Of a DNA stretch of 64,000 bases, positions 20,213 to 30,588 are shown piece after piece. Each line of letters starts with the position of its first letter. Position 1 is the stretch's first letter. The stretch covers positions 2,368,001-2,432,000 of the forward strand of contig CBDCNP010000002.1 of NCBI GenBank assembly GCA_965219415.1, written 5' to 3'. Source of the stretch: Candidatus Marinacidobacterales bacterium. GTDB taxonomy: Bacteria > Acidobacteriota > Vicinamibacteria > Marinacidobacterales > DATDRI01. A program made the position numbers and the translations under genes. The notes below the pieces were generated by a model. That model did not search any database. It was not told where the DNA came from and saw only the letters and a program-made list of their open reading frames with translations.

Positions 20213-21760
20213 TCACGTCTTTCGCTCTTTCCGTTCGAGCTCGTCCATGACCGGCCGGTAGGCGGCGTAGTACTTATAGATGTTGCTGACGTACTGAACC
20301 GTCTCGCGACCTATCTCTTCGGCGGCGACGACTTCGACGTTTCGGAACCACTCGTTGGGGTCGAGTCCACGCTCGGCGGCCTTGGCCCGGAGCCGTCTAA
20401 TACGGTTGGGGCCCGCGTTGTAAGACGCGAATGAGAACAAAGCCTTGTTCCTCTCATCGACCGCATCGTCGTTGAAGTACGTTTCGCGTATCCAGCGCAT
20501 ATACTTAATTCCCGCCTGGACGTTGTTGTCGGCGTTGTGAATGTCTGGGATCCCCACCGATTTGTCGGCCGCCGTACTCGGCAACAACTGCATAATGCCC
20601 ACCGCGCCTCGGTGGCTGACGAGGCTCTGGTCCAACCGCGATTCTTGATAGCCCTGCGCGACCATCATGAGATAGTCGAACCCATACTGCGCAGCGTGTT
20701 TTCGGAAAAGGCCTATCGTCTGGTCGAAGCGCTCTCGGTCTTTGCCGGCGAGTGCGTTCTTCACGTATTTCGTATCCTTGAGATAGCGCTTCAAAAGGAT
20801 GTTGCCCATCAAGGTTCCCTTCTTGTGCCCCGCTACAAAACGGTTCACGACCTCGGCCAGCTGCGGGCTACTCTTACGAAACGCCCACGCGATAGCGCCA
20901 TGGTCACGAACGGCAAGGTCCGGGTGAAGCGTTATCTTCTCGAAGATCTGATCCCAGAACTCCGCCTTGTGTTGATCGACAACGATCATCGGAATGAGGC
21001 CGGCATCCACCATTTCCAAGAGATTTTCGTCCTCTAGGTATTCTTCGGCCGCCTTGAGGGTCATGAGGGGTTTGCCCGCGTCCTCGAACGTGCGGTTGAG
21101 CTCTTGCAGGCTATCGTAGTAGCTGCTCAAACGCCTCACATAGATCTGTTGGCCGGCGAGATCGTCGAGCGAGTCGAGCCGGGGAGCGGTCGGTCCGCTC
21201 ACGACGATTTCCTTGACACCGGTCGCCAGCGGATCTGAAAAATCAACGAGTTTTTGCCGCTCGGGCGTGATCGTCAACCCGGCTGCTGCGATGTCTCCTA
21301 AGCCCTCGTGCAAAGCGGGTAACAGCCGGTCTCGCGACACCGGGATCGGTGCTACATAGACCTTCAAATTCCCGGTGCCGAGCTCCTTGTTGAGCTCGTC
21401 CTCGAACATTTTGAAGAGCTCGTAGGTGACGCCCCGTTGGTTGGGGCCATCGAGGAAGTAGTAGGTCTTGCTGTAAGTGACCAGTGCTCCTATGACCCGC
21501 CGTTCGACCAACTCGTCGAGATCGCCCATCTCGACGCGATCGAGCCCGAGATCCCTATACGCCGCGCTTCCACGGCGGAGAAGTTGCTCTTCCTCGTCGT
21601 CCGTCGTCGCAGCCTCGGATGTATCGGTGCTCTCCGTGGGGGCGGTGGTTGGGTCGGCAGGTTCGGCCTCCGGCGTATCTTGCGCCGGTCCGCAGGCGAC
21701 AAGCCCCAAAGAAATAACCGATGCTAATGCGAAAGACAGTGGCTTCCGTGACATGTTCAT
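20213..21760 (-). CDS. MltF-like lipoprotein: substrate-binding domain plus lytic transglycosylase
   Basis: Lipobox LVAC; DIAAAGLTITPER; SLT motifs QESRL, GAVGIMQL, ASYNAGP and ETVQYV. Confidence 0.9.
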   Translation of the reverse strand: MNMSRKPLSFALASVISLGLVACGPAQDTPEAEPADPTTAPTESTDTSEAATTDDEEEQLLRRGSAAYRDLGLDRVEMGDLDELVERRVIGALVTYSKTYYFLDGPNQRGVTYELFKMFEDELNKELGTGNLKVYVAPIPVSRDRLLPALHEGLGDIAAAGLTITPERQKLVDFSDPLATGVKEIVVSGPTAPRLDSLDDLAGQQIYVRRLSSYYDSLQELNRTFEDAGKPLMTLKAAEEYLEDENLLEMVDAGLIPMIVVDQHKAEFWDQIFEKITLHPDLAVRDHGAIAWAFRKSSPQLAEVVNRFVAGHKKGTLMGNILLKRYLKDTKYVKNALAGKDRERFDQTIGLFRKHAAQYGFDYLMMVAQGYQESRLDQSLVSHRGAVGIMQLLPSTAADKSVGIPDIHNADNNVQAGIKYMRWIRETYFNDDAVDERNKALFSFASYNAGPNRIRRLRAKAAERGLDPNEWFRNVEVVAAEEIGRETVQYVSNIYKYYAAYRPVMDELERKERKT

Positions 21761-21906
21761 TCTCCTATCCCTGACGAGGCTTAACCCAGACCCCCGGGAA
21801 AGGCAAGGTGAGGGCAGATAGAAATGGAGGAATTGAGACGCGCCTGGGCGCTATCCTACTTGAGCCGCTGGACGTCCTCGAGTGAAATGGTCGCCGTGTT
21901 GTGTGT

Positions 21907-22422
21907 TTAGATCTCGAGGGAGCCGTCTTTTTTCACACCAACCTGAATGACTTCGGCGACGATGCCTCGCCCCATTCCCCGCTTGTTGGTCTGGAGTTGC
22001 ACGATACCGAGCGCACCGATGGATCGCATATCGGGGCGATCGCCCGGAAAATAGAGCGGCCGGTCGGTGACGATGATGACCTGGTTGCCGGATTCTCCCT
22101 CGTGGACGCGCACGTGATTGATACGAGTGGTCGGCCCGCCCTTGATCTGCGCGACCCCGCGATCCATCTGATGTAGTGCTTCGATGAGTCCGTCGGAGCC
22201 CTCCTCGTCGAAGATCTCCCTCAGCCGAGTGGTGTCCTCTTCGGTGCTGAACTGCTCGATGGTCAGCGTGAGTTGGGCCGTTTTGTCCTCGCGCAGTCCG
22301 CGGGACTCCACCAGCAAAGCGGTGTAGATCTCTTCGGCGGAGGCGACCGCGCTAAAGCCCAATGCCGCCCCAACGACGACAAAAGCCGAGAACAATAACC
22401 GTGCGAGCGCGTCAGCCTTCAT
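21907..22422 (-). CDS. Secreted hypothetical protein
   Basis: GGAGG RBS; signal peptide ending ASA; 171 aa. Confidence 0.75.
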   Translation of the reverse strand: MKADALARLLFSAFVVVGAALGFSAVASAEEIYTALLVESRGLREDKTAQLTLTIEQFSTEEDTTRLREIFDEEGSDGLIEALHQMDRGVAQIKGGPTTRINHVRVHEGESGNQVIIVTDRPLYFPGDRPDMRSIGALGIVQLQTNKRGMGRGIVAEVIQVGVKKDGSLEI

Positions 22423-22515
22423 GAGAACCTCCTTCTATCCATTTCATTTCGCGACCGACACTATAGATCGGATAGAGCCTGCCTTCCAGAATCTTGGCAG
22501 AGTACGAAGTTGGCC

Positions 22516-23739
22516 TTAGGAATCGGTCGTTTCGACGTTCGAGATCACGGGTAGTCCACTCTCGGCAGCGAAGATCTTCCGTAAGAGCTCGCGCCAGCTC
22601 GCATATTGGGTCTCCACGGAGCCGGTCAGCTCGAGGACTTTTCCTTCCACCTCGACGAGTCGAGGCGACATGTCGGAGGCAAGTGAGGCTCCGAGCTCAC
22701 GCAGTTCTTCGATATGTGATTTTCTCTTTGCTTCAGCTTTTCTCTGCGCCTGCTCAGCCCGTCTCCTCGGTTCGAACTCGCCGAAGACACCAGGGGTGCC
22801 GCAGACGGGGCCAGCGCCCTCCCATGGCAAGACGTCGCTGGTCGAAACAATACCGCTCGACCTGCTCGAACTAGCTGCTGAATTTTTTAGCGCCTGGACT
22901 TCCCAGTAACTCTGGGAACGCCAGCCGTTATAGGGCTCCTGCATCTGCGCGTAGAAATCGGCGTAGTACGAATCCACCACGTCGATGAACATGCGATCGC
23001 GTTGGCGAAGCAGCTCCACGCGAGCCACCATGGGATCGTCCCGGGCCGGTAGTCGCACGACGGAGTAGCGAGTCTTCTTGTTCGTCTCGAGATAATCCGA
23101 AAATGCGGCCGGCGCCAGATCCGCTGCGAACCGGAGCCGCGAAATCGTACCGATCGTCTTCAGGTCTTTTTCGCCGAGCTTCTTGCGCTTCGACAGTATA
23201 TCGTTCGCGATCTGGTTGTAGAGTTGTTGAAAGGGCTCGTGCGTCTTTTCTCTTCGGAGATAAACACTGGCGTCCGCTTTCCCCTTGTATCGTTTGTCGA
23301 GCCAGACTTTGCCTCGCGAATCCACGGCCCGAATGTTGAGCTGCAGCTCGCCGCTGCTCGACGACGAGATAGTGCCCGACACCGTAACGTCTAGGACGCT
23401 GGCGCTCGGTACAAGCCGCACGGTGCCCCAAAAACCCGCTTTCTGCAGCGTTCGCTTCAGGTGGACGGGGACGTAGAGGGCGTCCGACCTTCTAACCTCC
23501 TCGAAGATCCCCATTGCTTCCAGCTTGCGGAGGCCTTTGGCGTCGTCGGGTAGCCCCGGATCAAAAACAAGAATTCCGACATCGAGAAGACTCGCCTCGG
23601 GAGGGGCTGTCTGGGCCTGGACAAGGTCCGACTCCTTCTCGCCCGCCGCGAGGGGGTAAGCGGCGAAGAGGCTCACGAGCTGGATTGCGGCAATAAAGAC
23701 GACGGACTGGGGCAACATCGCGTATTCTCCGGGGGGCAT
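22516..23739 (-). CDS. Secreted conserved hypothetical protein
   Basis: 407-aa ORF with signal-like N-terminus and protein-like composition; start may be 23718. Confidence 0.75.
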   Translation of the reverse strand: MPPGEYAMLPQSVVFIAAIQLVSLFAAYPLAAGEKESDLVQAQTAPPEASLLDVGILVFDPGLPDDAKGLRKLEAMGIFEEVRRSDALYVPVHLKRTLQKAGFWGTVRLVPSASVLDVTVSGTISSSSSGELQLNIRAVDSRGKVWLDKRYKGKADASVYLRREKTHEPFQQLYNQIANDILSKRKKLGEKDLKTIGTISRLRFAADLAPAAFSDYLETNKKTRYSVVRLPARDDPMVARVELLRQRDRMFIDVVDSYYADFYAQMQEPYNGWRSQSYWEVQALKNSAASSSRSSGIVSTSDVLPWEGAGPVCGTPGVFGEFEPRRRAEQAQRKAEAKRKSHIEELRELGASLASDMSPRLVEVEGKVLELTGSVETQYASWRELLRKIFAAESGLPVISNVETTDS

Positions 23740-23843
23740 TCCCTATAGTACTGCAAATCCCGGCCCGCATGTAACCGCGGTAGGTTGCGACGCCCTCTAT
23801 GGTGACTCAAGTATAATGACGTCTACTCGACAAGGAGTTGAGC

Positions 23844-24362
23844 ATGCGCCTGAGCCTTTGGTTTGTTCCCTTCCTTCTGTTTTCGTTCGCGTCCTGTCAG
23901 GCACCTCAGCCCAAGGGCGCGGCAGACGTGAGCGAGCCCCAGCCGACGCCATCACCCCCGGACGATCTCAAGATCACCGATGGTCAGACGGTCTACGTAC
24001 CAGTGTACTCGCATGTTTTTTGGACGGAGACGAAGCGCCTTCCTCTTGCGATTTCCCTGAGTGTTCGGAATACCGATCCTGAGCAGACCATCTCATTAGT
24101 CGACGTGAGCTACTACGACTCCGACGGAACCCTCGTCGAACGCTACGTGAGCGAACCTCGGTCACTCAAGCCCATGGCAACTGCTGGCTACTTCATCGGC
24201 GACCGCGATATGCGGGGGGGCTCCGGTGCGAACTTCATCGTTCGATGGGAGGCGAGCGAGGAGGTCTATGAACCGGTCGTCGAGGCGGTGATGCTTGCGA
24301 CCGCCGGCACGCAGGGCATTTCTTTTCTGAGCCGGGGCCTCGTCTATCAACAACGAAAGTAG
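23844..24362 (+). CDS. DUF3124 family lipoprotein
   Basis: GQTVYVPVYSH, LSVRNTD, GGSGANFIVRW and QGISF.S.G motifs; AAGGAG RBS. Confidence 0.9.
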   Translation: MRLSLWFVPFLLFSFASCQAPQPKGAADVSEPQPTPSPPDDLKITDGQTVYVPVYSHVFWTETKRLPLAISLSVRNTDPEQTISLVDVSYYDSDGTLVERYVSEPRSLKPMATAGYFIGDRDMRGGSGANFIVRWEASEEVYEPVVEAVMLATAGTQGISFLSRGLVYQQRK

Positions 24363-24371
24363 GCTTGTCGC

Positions 24372-24986
24372 GTGCCTGTCGAGAAGCTTATCCGTGACGC
24401 GCTCATGCTATGAGCCACGATTGATCCTATTACAACCATGTCAATCTTTGCGGGGCTCACGGTGGGGCTCTCTAGCGGCGAGCGTCGTAGGACTGCAGCT
24501 CGGACCCTTCTCTATTCTGCCGTCATCCTCTGCGCTTTTATCGTGATCGGCCAGCTCGTTTTGGCGGGAATGGGAATCGACCTACGTTCGCTCCAAATTG
24601 CGGGCGGCATTATCCTCTTTGTTTTCGGGCTTCAGATGATATTCGGAAGCGATTCTACTTTCGCGCCAGAACCCGGCCATGATATTGCCGTATTCCCGCT
24701 GGCGGTTCCGTCGATTGCGAACCCGGGCTCGATCATGGCGGTCGTCGTCCTCACCGACAATGACGTCCACTCCCTCTCGGTCCAATTCGGAACAGCCGTT
24801 GTGCTCGCCGCCATACTTGGGGTGACCTACATTTTTATGCTGTTGGCCGGCCCGGTCGTCAAGGTGATAGGCAAGAACGGAGCTTCCATCGTGGTCCGCG
24901 TCATGGGGATGATACTCGCAGCTCTTTCGGTCCAGCTCGTCTTGGAAGCGTTAGGCGTCCGGGGTTGGGTGCAAGGATCACCGTAG
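24372..24986 (+). pseudogene. MarC family protein with a premature stop
   Basis: IAGGIILF, AVFPLAVPSIANPG and RVMGMIL motifs; in-frame TGA at 24411 before the conserved ATIDP. Confidence 0.85.
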
Positions 24987-25051
24987 TTCGTCTGTACTTG
25001 CGCAAACGAAGTATTCCCACCGGTGGGTGTTTATCCTGCGCTTCTGGATCC

Positions 25052-26720
25052 TCAGCGCCAGGAAGGCTGGGCGCCCTCGCCGATGTGGGTGACGTGCCCG
25101 GTTTCGATATCGATGACCTTGAGGACGAACACCTCGCCCTCCCTCACCGTCAACATGATCTGGCGACCGTTAGGCGACCACTCGGGAAACGCGTCGCCGA
25201 AGAGCAGGCCTTGGGTTAGCTGCTCCTTACCCGAGCCGTCGGCCCGCATGATCCATAGATCCTTTTCCTCCTCGTTGCCCGAGCCCCATGCGATGCGCCG
25301 TCCATTTGGCGAGAGTGACGGCCACTCGTCCAGGCTCGAGTTATTGGTTAGCCGTGTCGTCTTTCCGGTTTCGAGATCGGTTCGGTAGATCTCCGGATTG
25401 CCGTCCCGTCCCGACTCGTAGGTGATCGCATCGCCGGACCTCGACCAACGGGCGTAGGCGTCTTCCGAGCTTCCCGTCTCGACACGTTTCTCGCTGCCGT
25501 CCGTGACGTCGACGATGAAGAGCCCACGACCATCGCCGTCGAGATCCTTGGTGATCAATATCTGCTTACCCTCCGGTCCCCAGTCTGCGGGGTTGCTCAT
25601 GTCCGGAATGAGGACCGATGTGTCGCCGGTGCTTGTCTCCATCACCACGAGGTCCATGCCTTCCTCGCTCTCCGCCAGGAAGGCGATGCGGTTGCCAGCC
25701 GGTGACCAGACGGGAAAGCCCCCGAAACGGGACGATGAAGTGAGTTGTTGACTTTTGTTGTCGAAAATATCGAACCCGAAGAGCTCGGTCGTGTCTTTGG
25801 CTTGGCCTGCGTAGACGATGTTGTACTTTGGGGGGGCTTCGACATCATTCGTTCTCGGACCAAACTTCTCTAATGTCGACAAACTCGGTGCGACCATGGT
25901 CTTCCCGACCGTTTGCTCATAGACCTCATAGAAGTCGGGGAGTTTGGCCTGGAGGTCGGAAGCGTTCTTGATGGTCCACTCGTCCCCACCCTCTGGCCCA
26001 TAGGGTTCTTGCAGATCCCACGCAGTGGAAATGACCCAATACGCGAACTCCTGAAGGCTCACCCGGTCGCGGACCTCTTCGTTATCGATGTCGGCATAGG
26101 AAGATATATCGTAGTAGCCTTTCTCGACCGCCTCCTGCATCGTCTCCCAGAGCTTCGATTTCTTCGAAATGCCCCAGTCGTTTGGGAACGTGTAGTGGAG
26201 CCCGACGTCGCTCACGAAGTGCAGAATGTGCTCCACCACCTCCATCACTTGCCCGGGCACACTTCCCAACTCCATGATGATGTCGCAGATTGTGTTTTGG
26301 CTCTTGACGCGTTTGCCAGGCAGCGTCTTCGTCGACGAAGTCCATATCCCTGCCCTTGGGAACCGGGATGGTCGTTTTGTAGCGGTAGAGGTTCTTGATG
26401 AGCTCTTCTTGCAGGGCGAGGTCCATTCTCTCGTCTTGCGGGAAAGTCTCCTTGATGGTCTGGGCGACTCTCTTCATAAAACCATCGGAGGCATCCTCGC
26501 GGGCGATGAGCGTGATCCCGTAGCCGGAGAGCTTTTTCGTGAAGGGGCCGTATTCGTCGGTCGTCACGACGTCGCTCTCCTGATACAGATCGGCGGGAAC
26601 CTCTCCGATGGGTGAGGTCAAGATGCAGCCGCCCAATAGGGCTGGTCCCGATTCCGCTTGCACGGTGGTGGCAGCACTCAGAAGTGCGGCGAACGGAAGG
26701 ATCATCGAAAGGATACTCAT
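25052..26720 (-). pseudogene. Secreted protein: zincin-like N-domain plus TolB/PD40 beta-propeller, frameshifted near 26300
   Basis: Signal peptide in ORF 26082-26720; continuation in ORF 25052-26275 with EHILH and PVWSPAG / PSLSPNG / PEWSPNG repeats. Confidence 0.7.
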
Positions 26721-26819
26721 CAGAAACTCCTTTTGCGAAGTGAGGCCTGCGGTATCCTAAGGGTGACATGCCCCCGGTCAAACGATCGGTTGATGCAATA
26801 ATCACCATAAGGAACTGAT

Positions 26820-27799
26820 ATGTCAGACGATGCGATCGGTATCAAGGAGATCAAGGCGGTCCACGAGCGGATTGCGCCGTACATCCATCGGACGCCAGTA
26901 CTGACGAGCCAGACGCTCGACGATGCGGTCGGCAGCCAGATTTTCTTCAAGTGCGAGAACTTCCAGAAGAGCGGAGCCTTCAAGGTGCGGGGCGCGTTCA
27001 ATGCATTACTGTCGTTATCCCCTGAAGAAGCGAAGCGCGGGATCGTCACCAGTTCCTCGGGGAACCAGGCGGCCGCGGTTTCATTGGCGGCTCGTTCTCG
27101 GAAGGTCAAGGCCCACATCGCCATGCCGAGAGTAGCGGTCAAGTCGAAGGTCGCAGCGGTCGAGCGCTATGGAGGCAACATCGTATGGTGGAATCGAAAG
27201 GACGGATTCCAACTTCTGAGGAATACGACGCCACCACCGACGCCATCCAAGAACGTACCGGCGCCAACCTGGTGCACCCCTACGATGATCTCCGGACGAT
27301 CGCGGGCCAAGCGACCTGCGCGCTCGAGCTACTGGAAGATGTTTCTGATCTCGACCTGCTCCTCGCTCCAGTGGGGGGAGGTGGACTCCTCAGCGGAACT
27401 TGTCTCGCGGCTGCAACCGAGGGATCGAAAACCAAGGTCATCGGTTGCGAACCAGAAGGTGCCGACGATGCGCAACGATCCCTCCGAAAGGGCGCTATCG
27501 TGCCGCAAACCGACCCACAGACCATCGCCGACGGGTTGCGCACCTCTCTTGGTGAGCACACCTTTCCGATCATCGCCCGTCACATCACGGATATCGTCAC
27601 CGTTTCCGAAGACGCGATCCTGCGCGCCATGCGGCGGGTATGGGAGACGATGAAGATCGTCATCGAGCCGAGCGCCGCCGTGCCAGTTGCTGCGCTACTC
27701 GAGAAGAAAATCCCCGCTGGTGCTGGGAAGATCGGAGTCATCTTGTCGGGAGGGAACGTGGATCTCGAATCGTTACCTCCTTGGACCGCCGCGAGCTAA
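26820..27799 (+). pseudogene. PLP-dependent serine racemase / Ser-Thr dehydratase, frameshifted near 27187
   Basis: KCENFQKSGAFKVRGA and SSGN in frame 1; HPYDD, PVGGGGL, TIADGL and LSGGNVD in frame 2. Confidence 0.9.
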
Positions 27800-28022
27800 A
27801 GGGCGGATGTTACTCAGGGACTCGATAGCGACCACTTTACTTCTCATAGCCACGACCGGGTGCCGCGCAGGAATGGCCGCGGTTCCGCGGCCCCAACGGC
27901 TCGGGTGTGTCCGTACCGTCGCTTCCCGCCGACCCTCCGCCAAACTGCGTCGCCCCGGCAGATCTCTAGCTTTTTCACCTCTAGACTTGCCTGCCCGGCT
28001 TGATTTTTCCTATCCTATATCC

Positions 28023-28802
28023 GTGGCATACCAACAGAGAGCGGCTCCTGCGTTTCAGAAGGGCTGGGCGGTGTTTCTGGATGTAGACGGAACGCTGGTC
28101 GACTTTGTGGAACATCCGGAGCAGTCGAAGGCCGCCCCGAGACTCATCGGTGTTCTGAGGGATCTCCTTGGATTGACCAAGGGCGCACTCGCGCTGGTGA
28201 GCGGTCGCACCATCGCGAGCGTCGATGCCATCTTCGAGCCGCTGCGCCTTCCGATCGCAGGGCTGCACGGGCACGAGCGTCGCGACACGCTCGGACACAT
28301 CAGCCGGGCCCCGCTGGATGAGAGTGTCCTCTCGAGTGCGAAAGAACGATTCAAGGACTTCGTCGCGGATCACCCCGCGACTTTCGTCGAGGAAAAGGGA
28401 GGAGGAATCGCGCTCCACTACCGACAAGCACCGAGCGAAGCAACCGAAGTCGAGAAGCTGGCATCCGAAATTGAGAGCCAGCTACCCGAACCGTTCTGCG
28501 TGCAACGCGGTAAGATGGTCATCGAGATACGCTCGTGCCAGTATTCGAAGGGCTCCGCGATCGAGGCATTCATGAACGAGCCTTGTTTCGTTGGTAGCAC
28601 CCCCGTTTTCATCGGCGATGACGCGACCGACGAATACGGTTTCCGATCGGTGAACGAGCAGGGCGGCCTCTCCATCAAAGTAGGGTCGGGGAGTACGGCT
28701 GCACGCTTTCGTATTGACGGCGTAGGAGGAGTCGTGGAGTGGCTCGAAGATTATGTCCACTTTCTGCGAGCGACGGACGGAGGGCAACAGCATGGAGACT
28801 GA
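28023..28802 (+). CDS. otsB: Trehalose-6-phosphate phosphatase
   Basis: FLDVDGTL, SGR, GLHG, ALHYR and FIGDDATDE HAD motifs; next to otsA. Confidence 0.93.
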   Translation: MAYQQRAAPAFQKGWAVFLDVDGTLVDFVEHPEQSKAAPRLIGVLRDLLGLTKGALALVSGRTIASVDAIFEPLRLPIAGLHGHERRDTLGHISRAPLDESVLSSAKERFKDFVADHPATFVEEKGGGIALHYRQAPSEATEVEKLASEIESQLPEPFCVQRGKMVIEIRSCQYSKGSAIEAFMNEPCFVGSTPVFIGDDATDEYGFRSVNEQGGLSIKVGSGSTAARFRIDGVGGVVEWLEDYVHFLRATDGGQQHGD

Positions 28803-30588
28803 TCTGGATCTGGCCTTGGTCGGAAACTGCAGTTTCAGTGCATTGATCGACTCGCGAACGAACGTTGTCTGGTCCTGTCTGCCGAGGTTCGACAGCGACC
28901 CCGTTTTCGATGGGCTACTATCACACGGTTCCGGGAACGACGACAAACGTGATGGGATCTTTGTCTTCGAGCTAATTGACTTCGAGAAGTCGGAGCAGGA
29001 GTACGTGAAGAACTCCGCGGTGGTGCGTACGCGCCTATTTGACACGCGCGGTGGAGCGGTGGAGGTAACAGACTTCGCCCCGCGCTTCAAACAGTTCGGC
29101 CGAACGTTCCGGCCGCTCACACTGGTCCGCATGCTCCGCCGCATCGCGGGAAGTCCTCGTGCCAGGATCAAGCTCAGGCCGACCGTCATCGGCGGTGATG
29201 GGCGCCTCGCCATCACCCACGGCAGCAACCACGTTCGCTACGTGATGCCCCGGCATACGCTACGGCTGACGACCGATGCCTCCATCACGGCAGTTCTCGA
29301 CGAGATTCCGTTCGTGGTGGAGCATCCCTTAACCTTCATTCTCGGGCCGGACGAGACGCTTCAGGAAGGGGTGGCCGAGACGGGGCGACAATTCCTGGAG
29401 CAGACGCTGGGCTATTGGAACGAGTGGGTGCGCTATCTCGGGATTCCATTCGAATGGCAGAGCGCGGTCATTCGGGCCGCCATCACGCTGAAGCTGAATT
29501 CTTTCGAAGACACCGGCGCTATCGTCGCAGCCATGACCACGTCGATACCCGAGGCCCCGGACAGCAACCGTAACTGGGACTATCGATATTGCTGGGTCCG
29601 GGACGCTCAGTTCACGGTGGGTGCTTTGAACCGGCTGGGAACGACACAGACCATGGAGCGCTATCTCGGATTCATCGTCAACGTGGCGGCAGGAAGCGAC
29701 GACGGAAAGCTCCAGCCGGTCTACGGCATCAACGGTCGGGCGCGCCTCGAGGAGGTGGAGATCGAGAGCCTGCCCGGGTACCGGGGCATGGGACCGGTAC
29801 GCTTCGGAAACCAGGCCTACCAGCAAGTTCAAAATGACGTCTACGGTGCAGCGGTGCTCGCGGCGACGCACATGTTCTTCGATGAACGTCTCGAGAGCCC
29901 GGGCGACGAAGCACTCTTCCAACGGTTGGAGCATCTGGGGGGGCTCGCTGTTCGCGTATTCAGTCAACCGGACGCCGGGCCATGGGAGCGTCGTACGTCG
30001 AACCGCGTCCATACCTACTCGGCCGTCATGTGCTGGGCGGCCTGCGACCGCCTCGGCAAGATCGCGCGGCGATTCGGACTCATAAAACGGGCGACGCACT
30101 GGAGCCGCAAAGCGCGGAACATGCACGTGACGATCTGCGAGCAATCGTGGAACGAGAAGCTCGGAAGCTTCGCGGCGAGCTTCGGCGGTAAGGATCTGGA
30201 CGCGACGCTCCTTCTTCTGGCTGAGCTCGGTTTTGTGGCCGCCACCGACCCGCGCTTTGTCGGCACTGTCGCCGCAGTCGAAAAACACCTGCTGAAAGGT
30301 GATTTTCTCTTCCGCTACGTGACACCCGACGATTTCGGCCTTCCCGAATCGGCGTTCATCGTTTGCAGCTTCTGGTACGTCGAGGCTCTACACGCGCTAG
30401 GGCGCGAAGAGGAGGCGCGGGCGCTATTCGAAAAGCTCCTTTCGCGTCGAAACCGGCACGGCCTGCTCTCGGAAGATCTCGATCCGCGCACCGGCGAGCT
30501 ATGGGGAAATTTCCCGCAGACTTACAGCATGGTGGGCTTGATCAACTCAGCGCTCAGACTCAGCAAGTCGTGGGAGACTGCCTTTTGA
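28792..30588 (+). CDS. Glycoside hydrolase family 15 (trehalase-like)
   Basis: CLPRFDS, TTSIPE, NWDYRYCWVRD, GLLSED and GNFPQTYS motifs. Confidence 0.93.
   Translation: METDLDLALVGNCSFSALIDSRTNVVWSCLPRFDSDPVFDGLLSHGSGNDDKRDGIFVFELIDFEKSEQEYVKNSAVVRTRLFDTRGGAVEVTDFAPRFKQFGRTFRPLTLVRMLRRIAGSPRARIKLRPTVIGGDGRLAITHGSNHVRYVMPRHTLRLTTDASITAVLDEIPFVVEHPLTFILGPDETLQEGVAETGRQFLEQTLGYWNEWVRYLGIPFEWQSAVIRAAITLKLNSFEDTGAIVAAMTTSIPEAPDSNRNWDYRYCWVRDAQFTVGALNRLGTTQTMERYLGFIVNVAAGSDDGKLQPVYGINGRARLEEVEIESLPGYRGMGPVRFGNQAYQQVQNDVYGAAVLAATHMFFDERLESPGDEALFQRLEHLGGLAVRVFSQPDAGPWERRTSNRVHTYSAVMCWAACDRLGKIARRFGLIKRATHWSRKARNMHVTICEQSWNEKLGSFAASFGGKDLDATLLLLAELGFVAATDPRFVGTVAAVEKHLLKGDFLFRYVTPDDFGLPESAFIVCSFWYVEALHALGREEEARALFEKLLSRRNRHGLLSEDLDPRTGELWGNFPQTYSMVGLINSALRLSKSWETAF

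Noticed and set aside
24411-24413. Selenocysteine or read-through TGA in MarC
   Set aside because: Position lies in a hydrophobic helix where Trp fits and is not a catalytic Cys site; nonsense mutation is simpler
27687-28022. N-terminal extension or lipoprotein fusion on otsB
   Set aside because: Overlaps the upstream gene, is Arg/Pro-rich, and the HAD motif begins shortly after the GTG at 28023
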